From Reclinomonas americana ATCC 50394 (lineage: Eukaryota), in assembly GCA_048213135.1 (NCBI GenBank), contig PS015045.1, forward strand, positions 99,100 through 119,099: 20,000 bases of DNA. The letters are read 5' to 3'. The position numbers and the translations under genes are program-made. This document shows positions 1 through 15,359 of this stretch, piece by piece (position 1 is the first letter of the stretch; the number at the start of each line of letters is the position of its first letter). The notes beneath the pieces are model-generated. The model was not told where the DNA came from, made no database searches, and worked only from the letters and a program-made list of their open reading frames with translations.

Positions 1-2047
1 ATGCCGGCGGCGCGCAATGCCACGGCCAGTTGTCTCTGCATTCTCAGGGTGTCGATATTACCATCAAGGCCGGCCCGCCGCCGACACGCTATATTGGCTT
101 GCAGAACGGCTACTGCACGATTGGCCACCTCCACTGACATCTGCGGTGCGGAGTGACGACGGGTGAGTCAAAGCGGGAGATGAAAAGCGTAACGCATCGT
201 GCGTGCGATTTATGAGCAGCACCCACCACACGAGGCATGTTGCGCTGAATGGCCATGTTCAACGCGATGTAGACAGCCACTTGCCAGCGCTGTTTCAGCC
301 AGTGAGCGTCGGCTGCACACTCACAGTCAGCAACCGACTACACACACAAGCATTGCATAGTGCGACCGACACTCACGAATCGGGTGAGCTCCAAAGATGT
401 CCGCCTCGAGTCTCGTCACATGGTGGATGGAGAGCGCCCCGTCTGCAACGAATGGCATCAGTCGGAGCACTTAACTGAGAAGAGCACATCATCATTTCCG
501 TACCATCACCATGCTTGCGGAAGAGCACAGCGTCGATTGTGGTGTTGTCCAAGAGGGTAAGCACCTCCAGCGCCGAGGCAGAGTCCTTCTGATACTGCTG
601 CGCGTCTCGAATAAGGGCTGTGATACAGTGAGTGAGCCCGTGACCTTGTACAGCTGTATGCAGTTAAACGCAATTCGGTTTCAAACGCACCTGCCCAGGC
701 ACTCCCCATGAATTGCACGAGTGCACTCTGCACCTTGCTCGTCTGTTGGATGTCAAGATTGCACGTGTTGATCGCTTGCAGTGCCGCAAGGTACAGTTTC
801 ACGCAGACGTTGACCGACAGTGCGCGCGTGGAGTCAACCTTGAGCATATCAAACAACGGCATTTTGATCGTCTCCAAGAGGTCCTCATCGCCAGGCCCAA
901 GAGCTGTCAAATACAAGTGACTGTCAGTAACAACGGCCACGACAATACCGCACTCTCAAGCGTAACGAACCGCAGAAGAATGCGTCGTCAAAGTGGCGCG
1001 CATCGTGACCGAGCGTCGTCACTCGATGATCGATGGCGCCAGGGAACGCGACAAAATGCTTGCTGACGCCACCCATCAATCCGTATTCGACAGAACGAAT
1101 CGAAGAGACCAGCCGAGAGACCTTATCATCCTCGTTTGAGTACGTGTGCACGCAACCGCCGCTGTGGCGTACGCCAGACATGGTCGGACGTTGAACACCG
1201 TCCTGTGTGCACGTATTATGCATCAGCGCGCGCGACTACAAGACAGAATGCAGTGCTCGAGACCGCCACTCACCGAGTCGTCGCTGACCTGCGTTTGCGC
1301 CGATGATTTCCACTTTTCCCCCTGCGCCCAGGAGAGGGGGGGTGGAATGGTGGCGAATGCGTACACATTGACTCGATTCTCTTGTGCACTCTTGCTTGTG
1401 TTGAGCCAGAGGGCCTGTGCGATGGGCGAGAAGAGGCGTCAGTGACTAGCAATCGAGAGACTGAGAGAGATGAACAGAAAAATAAATAGATACGAGCGCA
1501 GATATGCAATACAATGCTGTCTTGCCGCTGACTAATTCCACTACTGCTTTTGATCGCTTCACACTTCCCTTCCTCACTTCCATTACGATCGTGCAAACAG
1601 TTGTCTCTTCTATTTTGTGCACCGATATAGTGCTCCACACATGCTAATGTCAAATATCTCCACTCCCTCACTCCTCAATTTCTTTTTTCTTCGCCCTCTT
1701 CTCCCTCCCTTCCCTCACTCCCACTCACAATCGTTGATCCGAGACTGTGACCGTGCAAGCACACACGGTACACATGTCTATCCAATATGTTGGCATCGCA
1801 GGCTTCGTCGCCAAGGTGCTTGGCACGACGCCTGGCGCACTCAGGAGCCAGGACCTCGAACGCCCACTCCATTCTCTCTTGTGCATGCATGAAACGCCTG
1901 TTGGGGTGACCAAGCCCAGCGACCATTTTGAAGTCGGTCCACCAATCTCCCCTCGTAGAGAAGCTGGCACGCGTACCGGCGATGCAAATGTTGATCTCGC
2001 GGTGCTTGTGGTCCACCTACGCGAAGTTGGGAAGCAAATGAGCAGCC

Positions 2048-2115
<68 letters not shown>

Positions 2116-3149
2116 CGACAGAGACGGACGAGGAGAGGAGAAGAAGAGTAGAGAGAGACGGTAGGAGGAAAGAGACGACGAGGACGGGACGACGACCGAA
2201 CGGACGACGAGAAGGAAGGANNNNNNNNNNNNNNNNNNNNGAGAGAGAGAGAGAGAGAGAAAGAGCGAAGGAGGAGAAGCGCAATGACGGACAGGCAGGT
2301 GACAAAGAGTAGATAGAAGCGTGGTCGGAAAAGAGCGACAGCGGGGGAGACGCCAACGGAGACGGCGAAGAAGAGGGAAAACGACAGCGTGAGAGACAGA
2401 AGGAAAGAGACTGACAAACAACTAAATGTTCACATCGAGAGTGAGGAAGGAATGGAGGCAATGAGAGGCAGACGGCCAGCCAGTCAGACATGTAGTAAAG
2501 AGACAGAGAAAGTAACAAACAGAAACACAGTCAGAGTTGGAGAGAAAGAGACAGAATGATAGAGAAAAAAAGTGAAATGAGAGGCAGACACGAACGTGCA
2601 CGGACACTCAAAGTGTCAGATAGACAAACAAACAACCCACAGAATGCCATGCCATGAACGAGACTCAACGAGAACAACCACAGTGTCGTCGGCATGGCTC
2701 ACGTGCAGGCCCTGGAACAACTTGCGTACGTTCTCCATGCCCGCACGCGAGGCCTTCACGGCCAGTGCCTGCTGCACAATGGCCACACGACCCTCGGGAG
2801 TGGCGGAGCTCGTCTGCTTCTTGGCCTTCTTGCCAGCGTCGGTATCAGGATGGTCATGACGGTAGACGGCGTATGCCAGATCGGCCAGGCCGCCACGATA
2901 CTCTTTCATCGCCAGCATGCCGTCCTTGATGGCCTGAATGACTGACGTAAAGCGACCGTCCAGATCCACCTCCATCCACCAGCTGGAGAGCGCGTAAGTA
3001 CGAAAGTCGGCAGCGGTCGACTCGTGTTCATCGCCATCCTCCGCTAGCAGCTTCCGTAAATCACCAATCGCCAAGTCCAGCATGATGTTAAATTCACGAG
3101 CATTACGAGGCACTTGCACGGCAGCGGCAGCGCCAGCTGCAGCAGCCAT
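1..3149 (-). CDS. Lipase_3-like hydrolase + helical linker + start of TPR array, copy A (multi-exon; 3' end outside window)
   Basis: Manual GT-AG splicing with consistent phases gives exons 3149-2670, 2016-1729, 1414-1289, 1202-971, 903-691, 617-504, 442-~350 (end uncertain), ~289-230 (uncertain) and 140-<1. Motifs: ICIAGT (oxyanion-type), CLHGHSLGS (nucleophile elbow), YSNEDDKVSRL (Asp), GHDARHF (His). The last exon ends NIDTLRMQRQLAVALRAAG, a TPR-like start. The gene is colinear with copy B and shares most intron positions. Confidence 0.8.
2048..2260. repeat. (AG)n microsatellite with degraded flank and N gap (2221-2240), inside intron 1 of copy A
   Basis: Direct AG repeats visible in sequence. 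Confidence 0.95.
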
Positions 3150-3608
3150 GGTGCCCTGGCCTGTGGTACGAGAAGGCACATGAGTGAGCGACGAAGCAGA
3201 GAGTTTGGCATTGCAAACGTATACAACGCAACTGCAAAGCCAGAGCACTCCTCGAAGACGCCGAGTGCGGTGTACAAGGGTACCTGTACAAGCTCTCCCA
3301 GACGAGAAGAAAAAGAGAAGACGTGACAGGTTTCGCTACACGACGCATCTGACAACCCGGCAAAGAATAGATTCGCAACGCAACACCGAACATTTTGTGT
3401 CCACATCGGTACCCTCTACGTCGCGTTGCGTTTGCCACCCGCATTGAAGGTGACACCGTTGCGCCAGTGTTGCTGGTTGCTGAACAACCTTCGAAACAGT
3501 ATCGCCGGCATCTCTAAGACAAACAGATCATGACGGCGGCACGTTTGGTGCGACCCGAATGTGGATCGGCCGGGTTGCCGGAAACGTTGTTCCGCATAAT
3601 TGCAATAA

Positions 3609-4470
3609 TCACACAATCCGCTCAACAAGACAAACCTTGTCCGCATCTCCCTGCGTGACAACAACGATCTCCGTCTTCTGCTTGCATTTCTGCACCGCGC
3701 GCAGAGCGAAACGAGCCAGCGCAAGCTCGAAACACCAGACCACACGGCGTGGTTCACAAGCATAGCGCCATTTCGCTACCGCCACTCGCCATCCGCACTG
3801 ACGGCGACCGCCTCCACGCTCCACGCATCGACTTTCACCCTCGGGGCCACTTCTTCGCCTCCATTCGCCAGCGACCACACGCGCACAGTGCAATCATTGC
3901 TGGCGCACACCACTCGCTGGCTGTCCAACGTGATCGCCACCGAGTTCACCGCATGCACACGCCCATCCAACCGCTGCACCTCCTTGCCCGTCACCAGCGA
4001 CCACACTCGCACCATGCCATCCCGCGAGCCACCACTGACCACATGCCGACCATCGCGCGAGACAGCAACGCACTGCACACCGTCGACATGCCCGTCCAGG
4101 TGGCACACCTCGCGTCCATTGTCCATTTGCCACACGCGCACCACTCGATCCGTGCCGCCACTCACCACATACCGCCCGTCGACGGTGATGGCCACACACA
4201 GCACCCACCCCGTGTGCCGGTTGAAGAGTCGCACCTCCTCGCCCGTCGCCAGTGACCACACTCGCACAGTCATGTCACTGCCTCCGCTCACCACGTGGCG
4301 ACCGTCGGGAGTGACGGCGACGCACAGTACCTCGTCGGTGTGCTCGCCAAACTCTTGCACTTGTGCGCCAGTGGCCACGGACCACACGCGCACGGCGTGA
4401 AGGCGACGCAGTGTTGCGGGGAGAAGTCGCCGAGGGGGGTGGTGCAGAGGGAGAGAGGTGGGGAGGTCAT
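3609..4470 (-). pseudogene. WD40 repeat gene with family C-terminal tail, frameshifted
   Basis: ATG at 4470 (MTSPP...HCVAFTP) is followed by an apparent deletion/frameshift in the first repeat. Four clear WD40 repeats follow (e.g. EHTDEVLCVAVTPDGRHVVSGGSDMTVRVWS), then a stop at 3776. The tail ELALARFALRAVQ...CLVERIV lies in another frame (3609-3893). Confidence 0.75.
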
Positions 4471-4859
4471 GACAGTGAGGGGAAGGACGGATGAGAGAAG
4501 GATTTTGATGTCCTCTCGAGCTTTGGCGAAGGGAGGGCGTCACTCTGCGTGTTGTCACGAGATGGAGTGGTTGTGGTTTACAAATAGCCGTGTTGCATGC
4601 AGGCAGGCATGACGGGAAAAAACACAAAGCACTTGTCTTTGACGTTGACGTCGATGAAATGCATTACGTAATTATAAAACTACAAAACACTTCATTCACC
4701 ACATTCCAATAATGCGACAAACGCCCACAAATCCCTTGCCGACAATGACCTTGACACACCAACAATATACAATACGGCCAGACAGCTTGTAGTTCACAGA
4801 ACAGCCCTCTCCCTGGGGACTCTCGCCATGGAGTCCATGATCCAGAGGGAGGCCGGCGA

Positions 4860-5222
4860 TTACTTAGACGATCCAGCACCTCGGCCTCGTCGACGCCGAC
4901 GGCGGCGGGAGTGTCTGTTGACCTCCTTGCCAGTGTAGGTATCGGGATGGTCATGACGGAAGACGGCGTATGCCAGGTCGTCAAGGCCGCCACGATACAC
5001 TTTCATCGCCAGCATGCTGTCCTTGATGGCCTCAATGATACCCGTCGCGGAGCGGTCATACAGGTCCTCTGCCATCCACCAGTTGCAGAGCGCGTGAGAA
5101 CGCAAGTCAGCAATGCTCGATTCATCGCCGGCTTCCGCCAACAGGAACCGAATATCACCAATCGCCGAGTCCAGCGAAGCGTCGCGAGGCGTGGTAGAGA
5201 CAGCCCCAGCTGCAGCAGTCAT
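4860..5222 (-). pseudogene. Truncated paralogue (copy C) of the N-terminal exon of lipase-TPR copy A
   Basis: AIKDSMLAMKVYRGGLDDLAYAVFRHDHPDT matches copy A AIKDGMLAMKEYRGGLADLAYAVYRHDHPDT. Similarity ends near 4925 and no GHSLG exon follows. Confidence 0.8.
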
Positions 5223-5669
5223 GGTATCCTGGCATGGTTAGAGAAGCGAATGAGTGACCGAGGATTGAGATTGACGATGCAATCATGCACGACGCACGCG
5301 CATACACAACTGGAGTAAATAAGAACAATCCTCGAAATCACAGTGTGTTGTGTACAAGTTCTCCCAGACGAGGAGAAAAGAGAAGATGTGACAGGTTTCG
5401 ATCTGCATCCGCATCTGACAATCCGGCGGAATGATTCGCACGCGTACGCATTGGGCAACACCGAACAACGGTGTCCACATTTGGCACCTCCACGTCGCGT
5501 TGCGTTTGCCACCCGCATTCAACGCGACATCAATGTGCCAGTGTTGCTGGGTTGCGGAACAACTTTCGAAACAGCATCGCCGGCATCTCAAAGGAAACAG
5601 ATCATGACCCGAATGTGGATCGGCCGGGTTGCCGGAAACGCAGTTCCGCATAATTGCAATAAGACAACA

Positions 5670-5935
5670 CTTGTCCGCATCCTGTCCTTGCACAGACACA
5701 GTCTCCTTCGACCGAGAGCGACACGAGCCCGCGCAAGCTCACGAGACGCGAGGCCACATGGCGTGACCCACAGACACAAAGCCATATCGCCACCGCCAGC
5801 AAACTTCCCATCCGCACCGACCGCGACCGACCAGCTGTGTAGCAACCACGCGCGCACAGCGCAATCGTTGCTGGCACACACAACGTGCTGCCCATCCACC
5901 GTGAGTGCCACGTGCACCGAGTTCACCGTCCATGC
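5670..5935 (-). pseudogene. Degenerate 3' remnant of the WD40 gene (duplicate of ~3640-3955)
   Basis: VNSVHVALTVDGQHVVCASNDCAVRAW and AVGADG...ELARARVAL match VNSVAITLDSQRVVCASNDCTVRVW and AVSADG...ELALARFAL, with deletions. Confidence 0.75.
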
Positions 5936-5988
5936 AATCACTGCACCTCCCTCAAGCTGCGGAACCCACAACACCCTTCCCCTTGTGC

Positions 5989-6880
5989 TCAAAAATGAAA
6001 CGCCGGATCACTGCGCCTCCGATGCAGCACCACCTCCGCCTCTTCCACAATAAAGCACCGTAGCACAATCTCCACCAGACACCGCCGCTCCACTTCCTCC
6101 TCCTTCTCCGCCTGCATCTCCCTCACCGCCCGCAAGGCCGAGCGCGCACAATCGAGCTCATGCTGCGTGCGCGCACACGGCACATACCACACCCGCACCG
6201 TCTTGTCCCAGCTGCCACTCACAACGCGCTCCCCGTCCACCGTGACGGCCACGGAATACACCTCCGACTGGTGCTCCACCACCCGTCGCGTCTCCTCTCC
6301 CGTCGCCAGCGACCACACGCGAATGGTCTTGTCGCCACTGCCACTCACCATGTGCGCACCGTCCACTGCCATCGCCAGCGACATTACGCGCCCGGTGTGC
6401 CCCTCGAATCGCCGCACAATGTCGCCCCGCGCCAGCGAATACATGCGCAACTCGCCGTCGTCGGCGCCACTTAACACAAACTCACTGTCGCGAGTGACGG
6501 CCACCGAGGTGACACGAGTGTGGTGCTTTGGCAGCTGCCGCACCAGAGAGCCACTCTCCACCGACCACACTCGCACCGCGCGCTCATTGTCCCCACTTCC
6601 GCTGACAATGTGGCGGCCGTCGGGGGCCACTGCCACCGCCAGCACACCACTCGTGTGTCCCTCCAGTCGCCGCACGACTGCTCCGCTCTCCACCGACCAC
6701 ACCACCACTGTTTCGTCGTGACTGCCGCTCACCACGTGGCGACTGTCGGGCGTGAAGGCAACGGCATTCACCGCATGCGTGTGTCCGNNNNNNNNNNNNN
6801 NNNNNNNGGTGGATGCAGCAGTCGTGCGACAGCGGAATGCTCTCTGTGTGTGCGCCTGATTGTGCATTCGCAAGCATGCA
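5989..6880 (-). CDS. Intronless WD40 beta-propeller protein with C-terminal helical tail; 5' end uncertain because of the gap at 6788-6807
   Basis: Five clear WD40 repeats (GHTHAVNAVAFTPDSRHVVSGSHDETVVVWS etc.), then the tail ELDCARSALRAVREMQAEKEEEVERRCLVEIVLRCFIVEEAEVVL, stop at 5989. The ORF-track start at 7323 is unreliable because it reads across the N gap. Confidence 0.85.
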
Positions 6881-7096
6881 AGTGTGTTTACACTTGCAAC
6901 GTTGACGCATTCATTCACTTGCCCATACATGCAGCAGCAGTGTTGATGCTTGATTCTCGCATACTCATTCAGGTTCGCGATCACTTGGCAAGCGAGAGAG
7001 TGTTGCATTGTTGGCATGTTGATGACTCCATCGCCATCATCACTGTCGCTGTGTAACGCAGCACTGTGTGTGTGTCCCGCAAGAGAGGAGTGCTTC

Positions 7097-11236
<4,140 letters not shown>

Positions 11237-11605
11237 CAGCCTGTCCGCCACTGCAGGAGCCCACCTTATCGTCAGGTGGGAGGTGACAGAATCCATGGGT
11301 AAGTGAACTGCAAGTCGTGTACATTGCCTCAGCCAGTCCGCGGCACAGCATAGGCCACGCCAAATCTAAGAGTGTGCAAGCCAGTTATGTAGTGTAGTGT
11401 GTGACACACAGGTCTCTCTCAATGCTTCGACAGGTAGCGACATGCGGCTGAAAAGCTGCATTGGTTTGATGTGCAGCGTCAACACGGCCGCGGTAGTGCA
11501 CAGCACTGAATAAATAAAAGGAAGCAGAATCATCTGCATTTGGAGAGGCTCACAAGCGAAGACTACAAGTACACACCACCCTTCTCTCGCCTCTCACCCA
11601 CTCTC

Positions 11606-12770
11606 TCATGCGAAGCACCGCTGCAACACCACCTCGGCCTCCTCGACGATGAAACAGCGCAGCACAATCTCCACCAAGCAGCGCTCCTCCGTCGCCTCCT
11701 CTTCCTCCACCTCCTTATTCTTGTTCTCCACTTCCGTCTCCTTCTCCCCCTCCTCTCCCTCCTCCCCCTCCCCCTCCCCCTCCCCCTCCCCCCTCCTCCT
11801 TCTCCTTTTTCTGCATCACCTCCCTCACACCCCGCACCGCCAACCGCGCATCGTCGAGCTCCCACCGCGCGAGACCACCCGGCGTGGACCACACGCGCAC
11901 ATTCTCGTCGTTTCCGACACTGACAATGTGCTGCCCGTCGCGAGTGCAGGCCACGGAGAACTCACCGTCGCGGTGACCCTCCACCTGCTGCACTCGCTCG
12001 CCACTCTCCATCGACCACACGCACACCGCGCCGTCCCAACTCGCGCTCACCACACGCCTCCCGTCGGCCGTGATGGCGATCGCATACACCCCATCTTCGT
12101 GCCCCGCCAGCCGCCGCACCTCCTCGCCCGTCGCCATGGACCACACGCGCACCATCATGTCGAAACCGCCGCTCACAATGTGGAGCGCGTCGGGCGTGAA
12201 CACGACCGACCTGACCGCGCGATCATGCGCACCCTCCAAGCACCACACCTCACACCCGCTCTCCACCGACCACACTCGCACCGTCTTGTCCTCGCTCCCG
12301 CTGACAATGTGCACCGGCGTCAGCGCCACCGACCACACCACGCCCGTGTGTCCCGTCAACCGATGCACCTGCGAGCCACTCTCCGCCGACCACACCCGCA
12401 CCGTCCGATCCGAGCCTCCGCTCACCACCAGGCGCCCCTTCTCTTCCGCACACAGAGTCGCCACCGACGCCACCCACTCACAGTGCCCCTCCAGCAGCTG
12501 CACCTGCTGTCCCTGCGACCACACGCGCACCGTGGCGTCGGCACTCGCGCTGACCACACCTCCATTGCCGGCCATAAAGGCAACACACGTCACTGGTGAT
12601 TGGTGCCCGACCAGTCGCTGCACCTCGCGCCCACTCGCCAGTGACCACACTCGCACGGTGTGGTCGCGGCCTCCGCTCGCCACGTGCTGTCCGTCGGGCG
12701 ACACGGCGACGCACATGAGTGGGGCGGAGGAGGAGTCGGTGGAGTGGATGTTTGGTTGGCGCAGCAACAT
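11606..12770 (-). CDS. Intronless 7-bladed WD40 protein with C-terminal tail (1-nt frameshift in a G-tract at 11788-11793)
   Basis: ATG at 12770 (MLLRQPNIHST) is followed by seven WD40 repeats. As assembled the ORF stops at 11715. Removing one base from the single 6-C run restores EGEGEG...EERCLVEIVLRCFIVEEAEVVLQRCFA*, ending at 11606. Confidence 0.85.
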
Positions 12771-13159
12771 GGGTGGATGAGGTGGGGAAGGGCGGATTTG
12801 ACAGGACGCGCTCACTTCAACAAAAGTTACAGCGTGGCTGGTTGTTGCAGGAGCAGCACCGTGAGCGAGCACCAGAAACGGAGACAGTCCAGAAACAAGA
12901 GGTGTGGAAGCTGCAGTCTCGCGATCGATCGCGATCGCGATATCGATTTCGCGATCGAAGTCTTGCTCTGTCCTGCGCAGCGCATGCAAGAGAGAGCAGA
13001 TCTCGATCGCGAGACAAGCTGGACTCCACACGAGCGCATGCACAAAGGCAGCGAGAGGGTGTTGGCGTCCAAAGTCGGAAGGAGCACAAAACTGGTCACC
13101 CTAGGCCTATCACAACATCATTATCCAAGATTTTGTGAGTGTTGTGATAGGGGGTCAAG

Positions 13160-13830
13160 TGTTCGAATTCGTAACAAAGTCGAAGTGACCTGCGTTTCTG
13201 CACGCGACAGCGCCAGTAGCTGCACAGCATCTTGTAGCCCCGAAAGCACTCTCTTCAGCGCACCTCAGTGCATGTGAAGCCGGTTTGCAAGTCGACCCCC
13301 AACTTGAGCTGATCGCGAGTGACGGACGATATCGAACTGTTGCGTTTCTGCAAGCAAAAGAGCTTCCTGCTGCACATCTTCTTGCAGCGCCGTCGCGCCC
13401 TCTTCAGGACCCGTCGGCAATGCGGGTCTCCATTTCGATCTCCAGCATGAGCCGATAGTTCGAGAACATACGAGGAAGTCGACAGAAGAACTGTCAAATC
13501 GGTGCATTCCTGCAAGCCAGAGCGCTTCCTGCTTGAAGTAACGCACCTAGCACCTTCCTTAGCGCGTCTCGACTATGCGAGTTTCCATGCCGATCTGCAG
13601 TGTGGCTTCGTTTTCGACATGCAAAACCGGCGATATCGAATTCGTACGAAGTTGAACGCTGCGCTTGTGCGACAAAACACTCCTCCGTTTCTGAACAGCT
13701 TCCAAGGCCATGAGGAACTTTCTTCTTCTTTCCTCGCCTCTCAGTCTAGCGCCTGTAATTCCGTGGCCAGATGTAGAACAATTCGAATTCGAATTCGGCT
13801 GCAGGTTTTTCAATCAAGCCAGCGTCGACT
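13160..13830. repeat. Degenerate tandem repeat, period ~150-162 bp, 4-5 copies
   Basis: Anchors: tgcgtttctgcacgc (13191), tgcgtttctgcaagc (13341), tgcattcctgcaagc (13503) and tgcgcttgtgcgac (13660). Copies 1 and 2 match at about 37 of 50 positions by hand alignment. Confidence 0.75.
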
Positions 13831-13991
13831 TTCTCTCGTCGGCGCCACTCGCACGCGTCTGTTCCCTGCTGATCGCCAACTTGCACAAGCCAGACATCAT
13901 CGATTGATCGTTCACGCAATCGACCAACCACGAGACACTTGTCACAAACGCGCTTTCGTTGATCTCCCTCACACACACAGTCAACACAACA

Positions 13992-14502
13992 ATGGCCGCG
14001 CGAGACAGTCTCGCCGCCAAGTTCCAAGCGCGCTCGACGCCCGGCGGTGCGTCGTCCAGTGGCGCGGCATCTCCCGCGCGTGTGCCCCCCTCTGCCTCCA
14101 CTGCATCACAACAGCAACAGCAACAACAGCAGCTGTATCACCACCGGCATAGTGGCAGCTCTGGTGCATCAGCTGCGGCGGGTGCGGCGGTGGCGGCCGG
14201 GCAGCACTTGCATGCGAGGAGTGCGGCGGCGCCTGCTGCTGCAGCAGCCGTGCATCAGCAGCAGAAGAGGGAGGTGGAGAGGTGAGTGAGTGTGTGAGAG
14301 AGGCGGGGAGGGATGAGGGGAGGGGAGAGTGGGAAGGAGAGGAGAGGGAGATGTCCACGCGTAAGTGCGCTCTCACAGTCACACTCGCACACGCACAAAC
14401 AGCGTGTGAGAGAGACAGAGAGCAGGCGTGTATACCTCTGCTCGAGTTGTCGCCTGCACGCACACATACACTCACACAATGACACACACTCTCTCTCTCT
14501 CT

Positions 14503-14574
<72 letters not shown>

Positions 14575-15262
14575 NNNNNNNNNNNNNNNNNNNNNNNNNN
14601 NNNNNNNNNNNNNNNNNNNNNNNNNNNNNNNNNNNNNNNNNNNNNNNNNNNNNNNNNNNNNNNNNNNNNNNNNNNNNNNNNNNNNNNNNNNNNNNNNNNN
14701 NNNNNNNNNNNNNNNNNNNNNNNNNNNNNNNNNNNNNNNNNNNNNNNNNNNNNNNNNNNNNNNNNNNNNNNNNNNNNNNNNNNNNNNNNNNNNNNNNNNN
14801 NNNNNNNNNNNNNNNNNNNNNNNNNNNNNNNNNNNNNNNNNNNNNNNNNNNNNNNNNNNNNNNNNNNNNNNNNNNNNNNNNNNNNNNNNNNNNNNNNNNN
14901 NNNNNNNNNNNNNNNNNNNNNNNNNNNNNNNNNNNNNNNNNNNNNNNNNNNNNNNNNNNNNNNNNNNNNNNNNNNNNNNNNNNNNNNNNNNNNNNNNNNN
15001 NNNNNNNNNNNNNNNNNNNNNNNNNNNNNNNNNNNNNNNNNNNNNNNNNNNNNNNNNNNNNNNNNNNNNNNNNNNNNNNNNNNNNNNNNNNNNNNNNNNN
15101 NNNNNNNNNNNNNNNNNNNNNNNNNNNNNNNNNNNNNNNNNNNNNNNNNNNNNNNNNNNNNNNNNNNNNNNNNNNNNNNNNNNNNNNNNNNNNNNNNNNN
15201 NNNNNNNNNNNNNNNNNNNNNNNNNNNNNNNNNNNNNNNNNNNNNNNNNNNNNNNNNNNNNN

Positions 15263-15359
<97 letters not shown>

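Larger units (their letters stand above)
2850..5935. repeat. Tandem segmental duplication, offset ~2.07 kb (~2850-3955 vs ~4930-5935)
   Basis: Start codons at 3149 and 5222 are 2073 bp apart. Matching non-coding blocks include tgtacaagctctcccagacgagaagaaaaagagaagacgtgacaggtttcg vs tgtacaagttctcccagacgaggagaaaagagaagatgtgacaggtttcg, and gacccgaatgtggatcggccgggttgccggaaacg occurs in both copies. Confidence 0.9.

Noticed and set aside
2100-2220. GAC/GAG-rich irregular repeat
   Set aside because: It lies between an AG microsatellite and a gap; probably degraded read sequence.
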